From positions 248,001 through 312,000 of the forward strand of contig DF236977.1 of NCBI GenBank assembly GCA_000708835.1: DNA of 64,000 bases. Direction: 5' to 3'. This DNA comes from Klebsormidium nitens (Eukaryota; Plantae; Klebsormidiophyceae). Shown here piece by piece: positions 1 to 11,392 of this stretch (position 1 is its first letter; every line of letters starts with the position of its first letter). Below the pieces are notes generated by a model. The model ran no database searches and had not been told where the DNA came from. It saw only the letters and a program-made list of their open reading frames with translations. A program made the position numbers and the translations under genes.

Positions 1-3000
1 TTAACGAGCGCATCCTGGGGCTCGAAATGGCCGGCGCTTTTCAGGCCGGTCCATCCAGGCGTCTGGTCGCCGGCGGTCGCTCTCAGCACTTCCACCGCGA
101 GGGCGTCCAGCGTGAGGAATCCCTGGTCGAATCCCAGGTCTCCAAGGTCCAACCGCGGCCCCAGATCCGTCTCGATCCTCCCCACCAGCTCCGCTACCGC
201 CAGCGAGTCCATTCCGGCTTCCGCCAGCGGGCTGCTCCCGTCGAATGGAACGCCGGACTCTTCCAAAGGGGTCATTCGGTACAGCTGGCGGGAGATATTC
301 TGGAGGCGTTCCGCGGCTCCGGGCGACGGAAGATTTGCACCCACTGCGCTTGCCGCGGTCTTGACCGAGGATCCCTCCCGGGTGGTGGTGGTGAGCTCAA
401 TGCCTTGCGGACCTTCTGCAGCGTTCCCTTGGACTGGTTCCGGCGCGGTCGTACATTTTGCCTGTACAAAACGCACATCTGTTGGTCAAAAGCGTTGTGA
501 TCCTGAAAGCTCATACACGTTATCCTCTCGAACCAAAACTTGGATCCATCAGCGGCTTTATGGGTTTCAGCGTTTGCTGGCTCAGAAGTTAAGTAGCCGC
601 AACAGGTCCTGACTTTTGGCCAGTGAGAAGAACAAGAGAGAAAGTTGGTGGATAGGAATGAAAACTGTCGATCGCGGACGGACTTACAGATGAAAATTCT
701 GTTCCAAGATCAGTTGTTCGCAGCTTGAGCTGAATGAAACTCGAAGTCTTCCAGTAAAGGCTGGTATCCTATAACATGTCAATCCCAGCCGTTCCTCGAG
801 CACACGGATCTTGAAACAGCGAGGGTGTGACAACAGTTTTTTCAAGTCGCGTGCCACGAATCGACCGTCCCAGGGAACTGCTTTTCCCCCACATGATTTT
901 GAATCTGCATTTATTTCTAGCAGCACTTGAGGTTTGTTCCTCTGTTTCCAAAGCTTCGCTTTCGCAGAAGACTAAAGCCCGGATCTCACCTTGGCCAGCG
1001 TGTCTAGCTCGCCCGACGCCCATCGCTGCAGCATGTCGTTTCGGCGGACCTTTCCGCTGGTGGTCTTGGAGAGGGTCTTGGGCGGAAGGATGTATACCCC
1101 GGCCACGGCCACTCCGGCCGTTCCGGCCACGGCGGCGCGGATCCGCCCGGGCAGCTCCGCGGGGCACCGCGCGGGGTCACGCGCCTCCGCAATCAGCAGC
1201 ACGCCCTCGGGCTGGCCCGGCTCACTGGGCGCCTGGGACAGAACGGACAAGGATTGAAGAAGTATCGACTCAATGAAAGGACTGGTCTTAGAGAAGATAG
1301 AAGGGGCCGTTCTGCCTGAGTGCGCCATACGCCAGAAGCTTTCCTGGTAGCTTTACCAGGAAAGGTTAAAAGGAGGATTGAATTCAAGTCATCAGCAAAT
1401 TCAAGTCATCAGCAGATCCTTCTGTGGCAGAAGCTAATGATCTTGTGATTTGCTTGTCAAATCAAAGCTCTGTGACTTCCTGCAAACTCCGAAGTCTTAT
1501 GTGGATGTCAAACCATCCTCGCAAATTTGAAGCGACCATCAAGACATGAAGATGCAAAACTTGACGACATCAAAGCTGTTGAAGAATACCTTTCATTCAG
1601 TAGATCGAGCTTTCAGGTAGAAAGAAGGAAGTCGGAGTTGTTTATTAGGCGCCAACGTGCAAAAACAGGTGTGCAGACTGTGCGACAAAAAGTTTTGCAG
1701 CGCAATCTCATTGTTGTAGACCTCGACCAAGTTCTGCCATTCGGCATCTCACCTGGACCGCAACGATGCCCCCCGGGCGGAGGAAAGTTTCTTCGGCGTC
1801 TTGGACGGCGCGCTCAATGTCTTGTGGGTACACGTTATGTCCTCGCACCACGAGCATGTCCTTGAGGCGTCCCGTCACGAACAATTGGCCTTCCACGATC
1901 TTGCCCAGGTCACCTATGCAAAGAAGAAAGCAAGTTAATGTGGCCCTTTAGGATCCCTCAAACGAGCGCTGTAGACACAAGTCACGAGTCTCCGCCGAAT
2001 AATTCTGAATATGAAGTCAGATCTTGAGTCCTCAAAGCTCCGACCCTGTTGTGAGGGGGCTTGGGGTTCATCAAGGCACTGCAGAGTGAGAATCTTTCAG
2101 TTTTATAGGGGCCTCCAACAGTCTCCCACCGAGAGATATTTTTCTATCTCCAAGCTCTCTCAAAGTATTAAAATCATCTGTAAAGTTTTCTTCTCTGATT
2201 ATTTCAAGTTCTCACCAAAAGCGTAGATATCAGCAGCATGGTGATAGAATGTGTAAAGATCTCCTTCGAAACTCAATCAAGAGCCGGCCCTTCTACGGGG
2301 AGGACAGGGACTGGTCTTTGTCGCGCGTCGAAGTGGAGAATCGTTTATGCGTCGGTTGCACGATACTTCAGCGTTCAAAAAAGACTCACCCGTTCTGAGG
2401 AAATTTCCTTCGAATGGATCTTCCTCCAGGCGCCCCCCGAACACCCTCTGCGTCTCTTCCGGCCGGTTCCAGTACCCCAGGCAGACACTCGGACTTCGCA
2501 GCCAAATCTCGCCTTCAGCGCCTTCCGCCGCCTCGAGGCACGTGGCAGGTTCCACAATTCTGACTTCAATGTCGTGTTCCGGCGGCTGCACGCGCCCGCA
2601 GCTCACCCGCCCGCTCTCGATGCGGCACGTGGCCCCCCACTGGGACGAAATGTACACCACGTGCTCTGCCATCCCGTAAGCGCACATGATCGCTGATGCT
2701 TTCAGGCCCGCGGGCGCGAACGTCGCCGCGAACCTCTGCAGAGTCTGGGGCCAGATGGGTTCCGCTCCGCAATCTACCAGCCGAAGCGCGGAGAGGTCCA
2801 GCCTCGGGCCGCTGCTGTTGTGTTTGCGGGCCGCGAGGTCGAGCGCGAACGCCGGGGCGTGCGTGGCGGTCCCCCGAAACTTGGAGCAGGCTTGCATCCA
2901 GAGAGGGGGGTTCTGGATGAAGGCCAGCGGGGAGATGAGGAACACCGCCGCGCCTGAGACGGCGGGGCAGAGGGCGGACGCGATGAGGCCCATGTCGTGC

Positions 3001-6000
3001 CAGAGGGGCAGCCACGAGACGCAGCGCGTGGCGTCGGACCAGACCGTGGTCATGACGCCCAGGTTGTGCATCAGGTTGGCGTGCCCCACCATGACCCCCT
3101 TCGGGTCGCCCGTGCTGCCCGAGGTGTACATCAGGAAGCACACGCCCCGCGCGGCGTCGCCGGACGGCTTGCCATAACCGGGGGCCTCCTTGCTTCCCAA
3201 CCCTTCCACCACACTGGACCCGTTTGCTTGGGGCTTCCCCTCGGGTTCTGGGAACGGGGAGAAGCTCGAAGTGGCTGAGGACTGTCCCCGCGGAACGGGG
3301 ATTGTGCCACTTGAAAGCTCCCGCGCTTGAATTGTCGCATCGAGCGACCGGCCGTCTCCTTTCCAAGCCGGGACAGGCGCCCACTTGTCCGTTGCCACCC
3401 ACTCTAGTTGCACCCCCGACTCCTCCCGCTTCTTCCACAGCCGCCCTACCGCTTGCGCCCGCTTTGCGAGGAGCACCTTGGCCGTCGTTAGCAGCAGCCC
3501 CGCACCACAGTCCCGGGCAATCAGCTCCAGCTTGGTCTGCCCTTCCTCGACCCGCTTCCGGCTCCCCCCGAGATCTACCGGCGCCAACGGCACCGGAATG
3601 AACCCCCCGCGGATGCACCCGAAGAAGGCCTGGAGGAATTTCAAGGGCTGGTCGGGGGGGAACATCAGCAGGACCCGGTCGCCTCTGGTGGCGCCCTTAG
3701 TAGCGAGACGCCCCGCAACCTGGTCCGCAGCGCGATCCAGCTGGCCAAAGGTCAAGGCGGCTGCCACGTGGCACTTCGGGTCTACGTGGAGGTAGGCGAC
3801 CTTGTCGGCGCGCACCCCCGCCTGGTGGCGCAGGTGGTGGTCCACGCTCGGCAGCAGCGGCGGCCGCCGCGCCTTCACTTGCGCGCGGAGCTCCAGCTCC
3901 GCTTCCTCGACCGGCGGAAACAGCGGCACCGGCTTCTGAAGGTCCATAGCGCTCAGCCCGGGAGAGCGTTCCCGCTTCGCCAGACTTGGGCTCCTCTTGA
4001 CGTTGGGCAGGGTTCCGGTTGCTGACGAAGAGACATCCACGGGGAGCGCAAAGTGGCTGGCCACGAGCTCCTCTGCTGCCGCGGCGGTGCACTCCGTGGA
4101 CTCAAACGAGATGGCGCCCCCAATGTAGAAGACGGAACCCTTGCCCTGGATGTCGTTGTCGAAGCGGCGGACCCAGTCGCCGGCAGCAATCTCTGGAGAA
4201 AAGCGGATCCAATGATCAGATGCGAAGGAAGGGGAGAGCTCTGTCAGGATCCTTGATATCGCAAGCGACAGAAAATCTCTACAAGGTCTGCAGAAAATGT
4301 GATGAAGTAAAAGGCGCAACAAGGAAGACAATAAGACAAAAATCATCAAGGAGAGTCTCGTGAGACCTGTTCTTGGTCTCCGTGATAGCCACACAAGGCA
4401 GCGTCACCTACTGGAAAAGGAGCAAAAACAGCGGAGATAAACGATGGCTTTACCGTGACGACATCAACATAGATGAACCGTAGTAAAAGCACGAAGTTCA
4501 GAATAAGACCAAGCGGTCGCACCTTCGGCCGGCAGCTGGTAGCAGTACCTCCACACTCGCTGCACGTGCACCTCGCCGATGGAGCCCTGCATTGCCGCCA
4601 CGTCAGCACGTAGCAGTCTAATGACGTCATCCGCAGGTGCGTCAGCAGCTCCGTAGGACCAGAAAAGAAAGACGTCGCTCTGCGCGTGGTAGCGCTGGAA
4701 AGCGACGCAGTGGCCGATGGTGGCCGGGTCGGTGCAGTGATGCTCGATGAAGTAGGAGCCCTGGAAAAAGCGGTGCTCCCAGCCAGTCACGGTGGCGAGG
4801 GTGGTGTAGAACAGCCGGAACTGGGGCACCGCCAGCAAGGCTGCCTCGGCCGGATCCCAGGAAATGCAGCCTGAGATCAGATCAAACTGACATCAGCAAG
4901 ACATAACTAAGATGGAAATGATATACAACCATCTAGGGAATGCGCTCGAACAGGCAACTACCGAATTTGAGGGATGGGAACCTTGGAGAGTTACACGGCG
5001 GAAAAAAGACGAAGCTATTGAAGCTTCATGGATCTCCGGATCAAGCTATACGGACATGTATGTCGCCTTTGGCCATGTTTCAGAATCAAAAACTTTCAAG
5101 AATCTTAGAAGAAAGTTTAATATTTATGGGAGGCCTACGCATTCTCTTGCCAGAATCCTAACCAGAAGATTGATCAGATCCGATCAGTTGCTGAACGCTT
5201 TCGAAGTTTCGAAGGAATCAATTAACTACGCTTTAAAAGGTTTTTGTGGGTTATCAGAGCTGCTCAAATCCAACTACCGGAATGAAACTTTAAGAAACGA
5301 CTATGACATAGAGGAACGACACAAACCTTCCGGCGGTGCGGCACCCATCCACGCGCTCCCAGTCACGATCGCCTTGTCAAACGTCCTCTGCTCGCCTCCC
5401 TCGAACACGACCTTGACGCCCTCGCCCTCGCTCCGCACCACCTCTCGAACTCCCTTGTGGCAGGTAACGCTCCCCACGCTGGCGGCCATGCGCTCGAGCA
5501 GGTCCTGGTAGCCCGCCTTGAGGCGTTGCAGCGGCCCAATGGAGAACTGGACGAAGCGGTAGAAGTACGGCGCGGGGGCCTCCACCGGGTAACCGTATCC
5601 GGAGGCCGTGAACCCGAGAAGCGCCTGCTCGAGCTCCCCGGGGGAGACGCCCTTGGAGGCCAGCAGCTGCGTGATGCTCTGGGAGGCGGCCGGAGCGCCC
5701 TTGAGTGGGGCGAGCCAGGAAGAGGAGTCGGCCGCTCCTTCTGTAGCCTGGAGGGGATCGAGGGAAGCATTCATTGAGGTCGTGCCAAATCTCGTAACGT
5801 TAGCTAGCATAGGTCTTCTGAAAGTTCTGGGCTCCGAAGTAAGAGGTTCCATGATCTTTTCATACCGGTAGCTGATCTTGAACTGGAGAGCACGAATTTT
5901 AAAGCAGCTTTGCTTCCTATCCTCGTCCGTTTCATTTTCGTCAAGACTTTTCACGTTTCGTTTTCGTTCATCCTTCAGCAGACAATTCTCCAAGCACCAA

Positions 6001-9000
6001 GCGAGATTTCCATTACTAACGGACCGCCTCAAAATTCCTGGAAGTCAAAAGCGAAGTAATACTTAAACCCACCTCTTTCAAACCTTGGACCACTTTTCGT
6101 GCTTTCGTGGCTTGCCGCAGTAAGTCCTTGAAAGGCCGTACCGTACCGCCACCCTCGAGAGCAACGGCACCGCGGATTCCGTCCCCGAGCGGCTGCCACT
6201 CGGCTCCAATCTCCGCAGCCAGCCGGAAGACAGTCGGGCTAACGCCCCGGGCCAGGAACTGGCCACCCAGGTCGAACCAGAGTCCTCCCACTTCCATGCC
6301 CTGGCACTTGCCCCCCACTATCGCGTCTTTCTCGAAGACCGCCACGTTGGTGTAGCCCAGTGCTTTGAGCCGCAGCGCTGCCGTCAGGCCGCCGATCCCG
6401 GCCCCAATGACGGCGATTGAGGTGTTTGCAGCCCACCGGCGACGCAGCGCTGTATCTTTCCCATTTCTTCGCTCACTTGGATTGGCGGCGAGGGGTTTCT
6501 GCAGACTACCTTTGGTAGCAGGGTTCCCGCGACCGTCTGCCGAAGGTGGAGCAGCCCTTATGGTAGCGGGCGACGCTCGCGACTGTAGGCGCTGCTGAGC
6601 GGGGCCGTGCTTGGCCATCAGCTCCTGGAGGGCGGCGGGCAGCGGCTTCCCGGTCTGCACGCAGTGGAAGTGCTCGTACACGACCGAGCGCATGTGCGCC
6701 AGGGACGCGGACTGCTTCCCGCTCGTTGCCAGGGGCATGCCCAAGCCCGGCGGCGCCAGCCAGGGGTTGAACCCCATCTCCGAGCCGAAGCGCGCGCGCG
6801 CTCTGGGGTCGGGGTCCGTGAGGGCGGCATAGAGGCGCAGAAGCGCAAACGAAAGCCAGGGGCTAGAGGTCTCGTCCCAGACGCGCGTCGCGTCCAGGAG
6901 GCGGTCTCTCTCGGCAGACGAGGGAGGAGTAGGAGCCAGTTGGATCTACGCAGCAAACATGGGAAGAATTAAGAAGCAGTTCGCTGTCAGGCTGAACGAG
7001 CAGAACTTTCGGGAGAGGAGTTTCTTGTGATGAATTTCAAGAAGATCTTTGGATTAGAGAACGCTAAAAAGATCCTTACAGAGCCGGGGCTGAGGGCCAA
7101 GCAGAGCAAAGGTTACGAAAGATGAACCAGATATCCTAGAATAATGCACTGTATCTTCTGATCAGGGGAAGAACGTCTAGCAAGCTTTTCGCTTGAAAGC
7201 CTGCCAAACAGTCTTCCTGGAGCGGGCACTCTGAGAACGTCATAGACACAGAAGTTTTTGACACACAGGTCCAGTATCCGGAAGAGATCAATCTAGATCT
7301 GGGGTTTCATGTAATCCGCAAAAGGATGCAAACGGACAGAAGTTTGTTCGAGTGTATACAGTTCTGATTTCTGTTAAGTTTGCATCAAAGCAAAATAGCC
7401 CCTTCAAAGCTTTCCTTGTTGACGAGATGCGAGGCAATTCTCGAAGTAGAAATCATTTAGCAGTTGGGATGCGGCACTTGAGCCGACTTTCTGCGGCTAA
7501 CCTGCAGGAGGTACGTGTGGCCCCCGCCCAGCACTCTCTCCTGCAGTTCCTCGCCAAGGTAGTCTGGCGGGCGAGTGTCACCAGCCGCCCTGGGAAACGT
7601 CTCGGGAAAGCCCACACAGCTCCTTGGCTCTGCCGCATACTCGTCCAAAGCCCCCTTCTCCAGCACGGCCTCCGTCACCAGGCGATACCGTGCGTAGAAG
7701 GCACCAGCGGGCAAGACATCACGCGCGCTCGATGCTGCTTCCAACGGCGAGCCGCCGTTGCTCTGCGCTCCTCCTCCTCGAGACGCCTTCAAGGCGTCTT
7801 TGTGAAGTGCTGAGGAGGAAGAGAGCGCGGAGGAGGCGGGTTGAAAGTCGAAGGCCACGCCCGTGGAGTAGCAGAGGTCTGTGTAGGAGCGGGGGGCGGA
7901 GTTGATCGAGCCCCAGACTGCTCGACGAAGGTGCGGTTCGGCCACGAGAAGAGCTTCCGCTTTGGGTGGAGACGACGTCACAATGTGCACAAAGGCCTGG
8001 GCAGCAACAAAACACTTCAGTTTGCAAGCAGTTAGAGAAGGGCAGTTGAACGATCCATTATCAGCCTCTTTACACGTGCTAGCAACTGCATCCTCCCAGA
8101 TTCATCTCTCTCAGTTGATGCTTTCATGACGAAAGCTTAATCCCAGGTCCTGAGACCGCCACGTATCAATCAGCCTTGCTCTTCTTCCTTGAAATTTGTC
8201 TTCCAGATACAATATCCAAAGATCTTAGATCTTGCTTCAAGAAATGTCGAGGAAAGCAACGGTGATTTCTCTCCTATCTCTGCGAGATACGAAGCAATAC
8301 ACACAAAAGCTCTCAGTCTCCTGAGCGCTTACAATCGACAATACTTATAAGCTTATCGAAAATTTTACATGTTACAGACCAAAGATGATACGGAATACAG
8401 AACGTTGTGCCATTTCAGGAGGCAACAAAATAATCAATTGCTTAGTCTCAAGATACCTTTAACCTTATCCGTTTCGCGAAGCTTCTCTCCTGAGTCAAAA
8501 TCAGCATGGGATTTCGGTTTCACATGAGCCGTAAGAGCTGAGGACGCAAGCTTTGATTCCGATTCAGTCACCTCCGCAGAGCCACCGAAGGGAAACCCAG
8601 CTGACCCAGTCGAAAGTACCAGGTCCCAGATTGGTGCCATGTCGTGGAGAGCTTCTTGGAGTTCCTGGCACGTGGCGAAAACCTTTCGCGCCGGCCTTCC
8701 TTCGTTAGGAGGGTTTGAAGGCCCCTCAGCAGCTTCTCCCGCTTGTGGACTTCCAACATCCTTCTGGTCATCCGAGTTACCCTTGTGAATCCAGGGACAG
8801 GATCCTTTAGCTGGCTTGAAGAGACGCAGAACCGCTCGACGGGTGTCCGACGCTGCTTCGTCTTCGCTCTTGGAACCGCTGTGGTAAAGAAGAGCGGGAA
8901 GTCTGGCCCCAGAGGGAAGGGACAGGTGAGTAGGGATTGCAGGGTCTGGTGAAACCGTCAATTCTCCCAACACAAAGTGCTTCGATACAGAAGAGCTCTT

Positions 9001-9108
9001 ACTAGAGCGAATGAAGGATAGCATGGAGCAGGAATGGGCCATCAGCTTCGCAAAACCAGGCTCGATGCCAGCGAGCCGGGGATCTTGCTCCATTGTTGCT
9101 GCCGCCAC
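1..9108 (-). CDS. Multidomain fatty-acid-processing enzyme: catalase-like (allene oxide synthase-type) domain + FAD-dependent oxidoreductase + fatty acyl-AMP ligase + acyl carrier protein; 3' end lies beyond the window start (>1816 aa)
   Basis: Exons (minus strand, all GT-AG, phases consistent): 9108-8464, 7996-7502, 6945-6073, 5747-5327, 4870-4523, 4192-2390, 1913-1753, 1232-990, 461-<1. Catalase-like motifs: LPALLYHSG..DTRRAVLRLF, WDLVLSTG, YARYRLV, DTRPPDYLGEEL..YLLQIQL, WDETSSPW, FNPW..SLAHMRSVVY. FAD motif IAVIGAGIGG..EKDAIVGGKC (6388-6405). Adenylation motifs YTSGSTGDPKG (~3096-3128), LPLWHDMGLI, YGMAE, RTGD, GRLKD, KTTSGK. ACP motif GMDSL, with the Ser codon at 204-206. Confidence 0.9.
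90..290 (-). other. Acyl carrier protein (phosphopantetheine-attachment) domain within the last visible exon of the multidomain enzyme
   Basis: Translation of the minus-strand frame starting at 461 gives ...PFDGSSPLAEAGMDSLAVAELVGRIETDLG...FLTLDALAVEV. The frame has no stop before the window edge, so it is absent from the ORF track. Confidence 0.88.
1381..1414. repeat. 17-bp tandem duplication inside an intron of the multidomain enzyme gene
   Basis: aattcaagtcatcagca at 1381-1397 and 1398-1414. Confidence 0.85.
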
Positions 9109-11392
9109 AGCCGTTTGCGGCCTGCATGAAGGAAGCTCGCGGTGAAGTTGCTGGACAGGGATTGCAGCAGACGAGTAGAGACGAAGTTGATCAAAAGTGA
9201 GGCGCTCCGGATTGAGGAAGCAAGATGGACTAAGTTGGGAGGTGCCTTCAGACGCCGATTCACAGCATCACCGTCAGGCTTGCTGGTCTTTCGAAGTAGA
9301 AAGTGGTTTGAGAGCCTTTTCGAGCTTTCAAGCTTTTGAGGAGCTCGTACTGGCCATGTCAGCCAGAGCACCCTATGAGATTAAATCCGAGAGGTCCTTA
9401 GGGTCATGCCTTTGACAATATGAGACTCGAGGGTTATGTCACCTGGCCTTCACGAAAATCCTTGAAAGATCCCAAATGATCTGAAGCCCCAGATTCAAGC
9501 GATGAAGGATCGATGGATCAACGGGCCACTTAGACTTTGCTTAATTGCTGCTTTCCTGAATTAGGTTGTCCGAGGGAATGCATAGGTATCCCGTAAAGCT
9601 CTGCAGGACTCAGCTGACACGTTCATACTCTGAGATAGGAGCCAGCGCTGTGGCAACAAGTGGCTATGGAATGATGGAATATTAGATCCTCCCATGTCGG
9701 TAAGTGCGAAGGTTCAAAAGGCAATAGTAAAAGTCTCTGTGTCTTCAAAATGCTTAATGTGCTTACTGGTAGCTAAAGGTGCTGAATTCATCTCCCTTGA
9801 AACCGTAGGACAGGTTGTTCAAAACTCCAATTCGTCTCCTCGAATGAAACTGTAGTATCTCATCTGGGAGCAAACCTCAATCCGTACTTGCATTTTCGTT
9901 GAAAGATGGCAATCCGACTCCAGCATCTTTCAATAACGTTGTGATTCTGAAACAATACACGCAGGTGCTCAGTAACAGCTTCGCGATCTCACATGACCTT
10001 GGATCTACGGGACGCTGTGGAGATAAGCCTCCTGCAGGATAGATAAGCATCCCTGCTTTCGCTCTATCGATGTAGATATACAAAATGCTATAGAGATGAG
10101 ACTTCCTTCATAAGGAAAGAATGCCTTATTGCATTGGAAATTGGTTTCCCGGCTGATGGATATTCAATTCAATTACCGCATTCCATTCGACTTGACGGAT
10201 GTTCATATCCCAGCAACTTTGTCCCTTTCCTGGTTCCCTGCATGGCGGCCCGCCTGAGTGGTCAAATATTGTAATGCAGGTCCATGATCACCTGCACTTA
10301 GAGTCCTCCTCTCGCAACGAGCATGGGCCTCTATAGTAGCAAGCTGCAAGACCGAAAAGTCGCCCGGCTGATGAAAGACATCTAGAGCAAAGTCACTGGA
10401 AGCGCTGGGGTTCTGATCGAGTTCGGCCGTCCACAGAAAAACTGTTATGACGTCCCCGATAGCGTACGTACCTTTCAAGTACAATCGCAACGTCGAGCCA
10501 GACGCTGCATGAAGTTCCAACATTGTACGAAGGATTCAAGTGTCCAAGTGTATTATGATGCTCAATAACGGATACCTCGTCCTTGCTCCTGTGACTCACT
10601 TGAGCTTCGAGCTCCCAGGGGGTTTTTGCGGTCGCAACTTTTGAACCCTCGTCAAGCCCAATCTTGATTCCTTTCAGCCCCTGCAACAACTTATGTACGG
10701 AACAGCTTGGTGGTTCTCTCCAAGCTCCAGCTGACTACTTACTCGACTCATTGTTGTCGACTAGTCGATGAACTAAGTCGAGGTGCCAATAGAGTTTGAG
10801 TAGCAGAAAGGGGGACCATCATAAGAGTCATTGAGTCAGTACCGCATGATTCCCTTCCTATATTCAATTGTGTGATCCAGCAGCCACTAAGGGACGAACA
10901 TAGGTACGTATTTGCCAGTGTTATCATACGCAAGGAACTCCTGGCCGAGTCGCTAGGCCAGTGCCCGAGCGCCTTGCTTCTCTCGCAAAATACTCAAGTT
11001 GCCCGTGCATAGTCCATCCGGGGTCCATCCTTAAGGACCGAAGCCAACACCTTGGACGGTTCCGACATATCCGGTCTTATGCTCAAAGTAATTAATGATC
11101 GCCTTTGCACAACAATGGGCAGCAGTGGCATCTGAAAACCAAGCGGACGAATTTCCATTCATGCAAAGTCTTTGTCGAGAAAGCATCCAATCTCGCTAGA
11201 AGGACATACCGCGCGCGCACCTGCACCTACGACTCTGACAACGTGCAGGCTCCTAGCACGAATTATCAGACCGTCTAGAATCTCTACTTCCTTGTGGCAG
11301 CAACTCTCCAAACTAGTAGTCAAAGGCGCTAGGTATTCATGGCGGAAATCTAATGGCGCGTGTGACGACCATGATAAAGCCGCTGATTGTTG

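Noticed and set aside
2566-3618. Long alternative-frame and antisense ORFs over the FAAL exon (and similar ones at 22946-23968, 25601-26482, 55770-56948)
   Set aside because: These are shadow ORFs expected in GC-rich coding DNA; they are low-complexity, have no motifs, and the real frame has clear family motifs.
4912-5320. AT-rich ORF 4912-5511 (+) inside an intron of the multidomain enzyme
   Set aside because: No recognisable motif, and its 3' part is simply antisense to a real exon.
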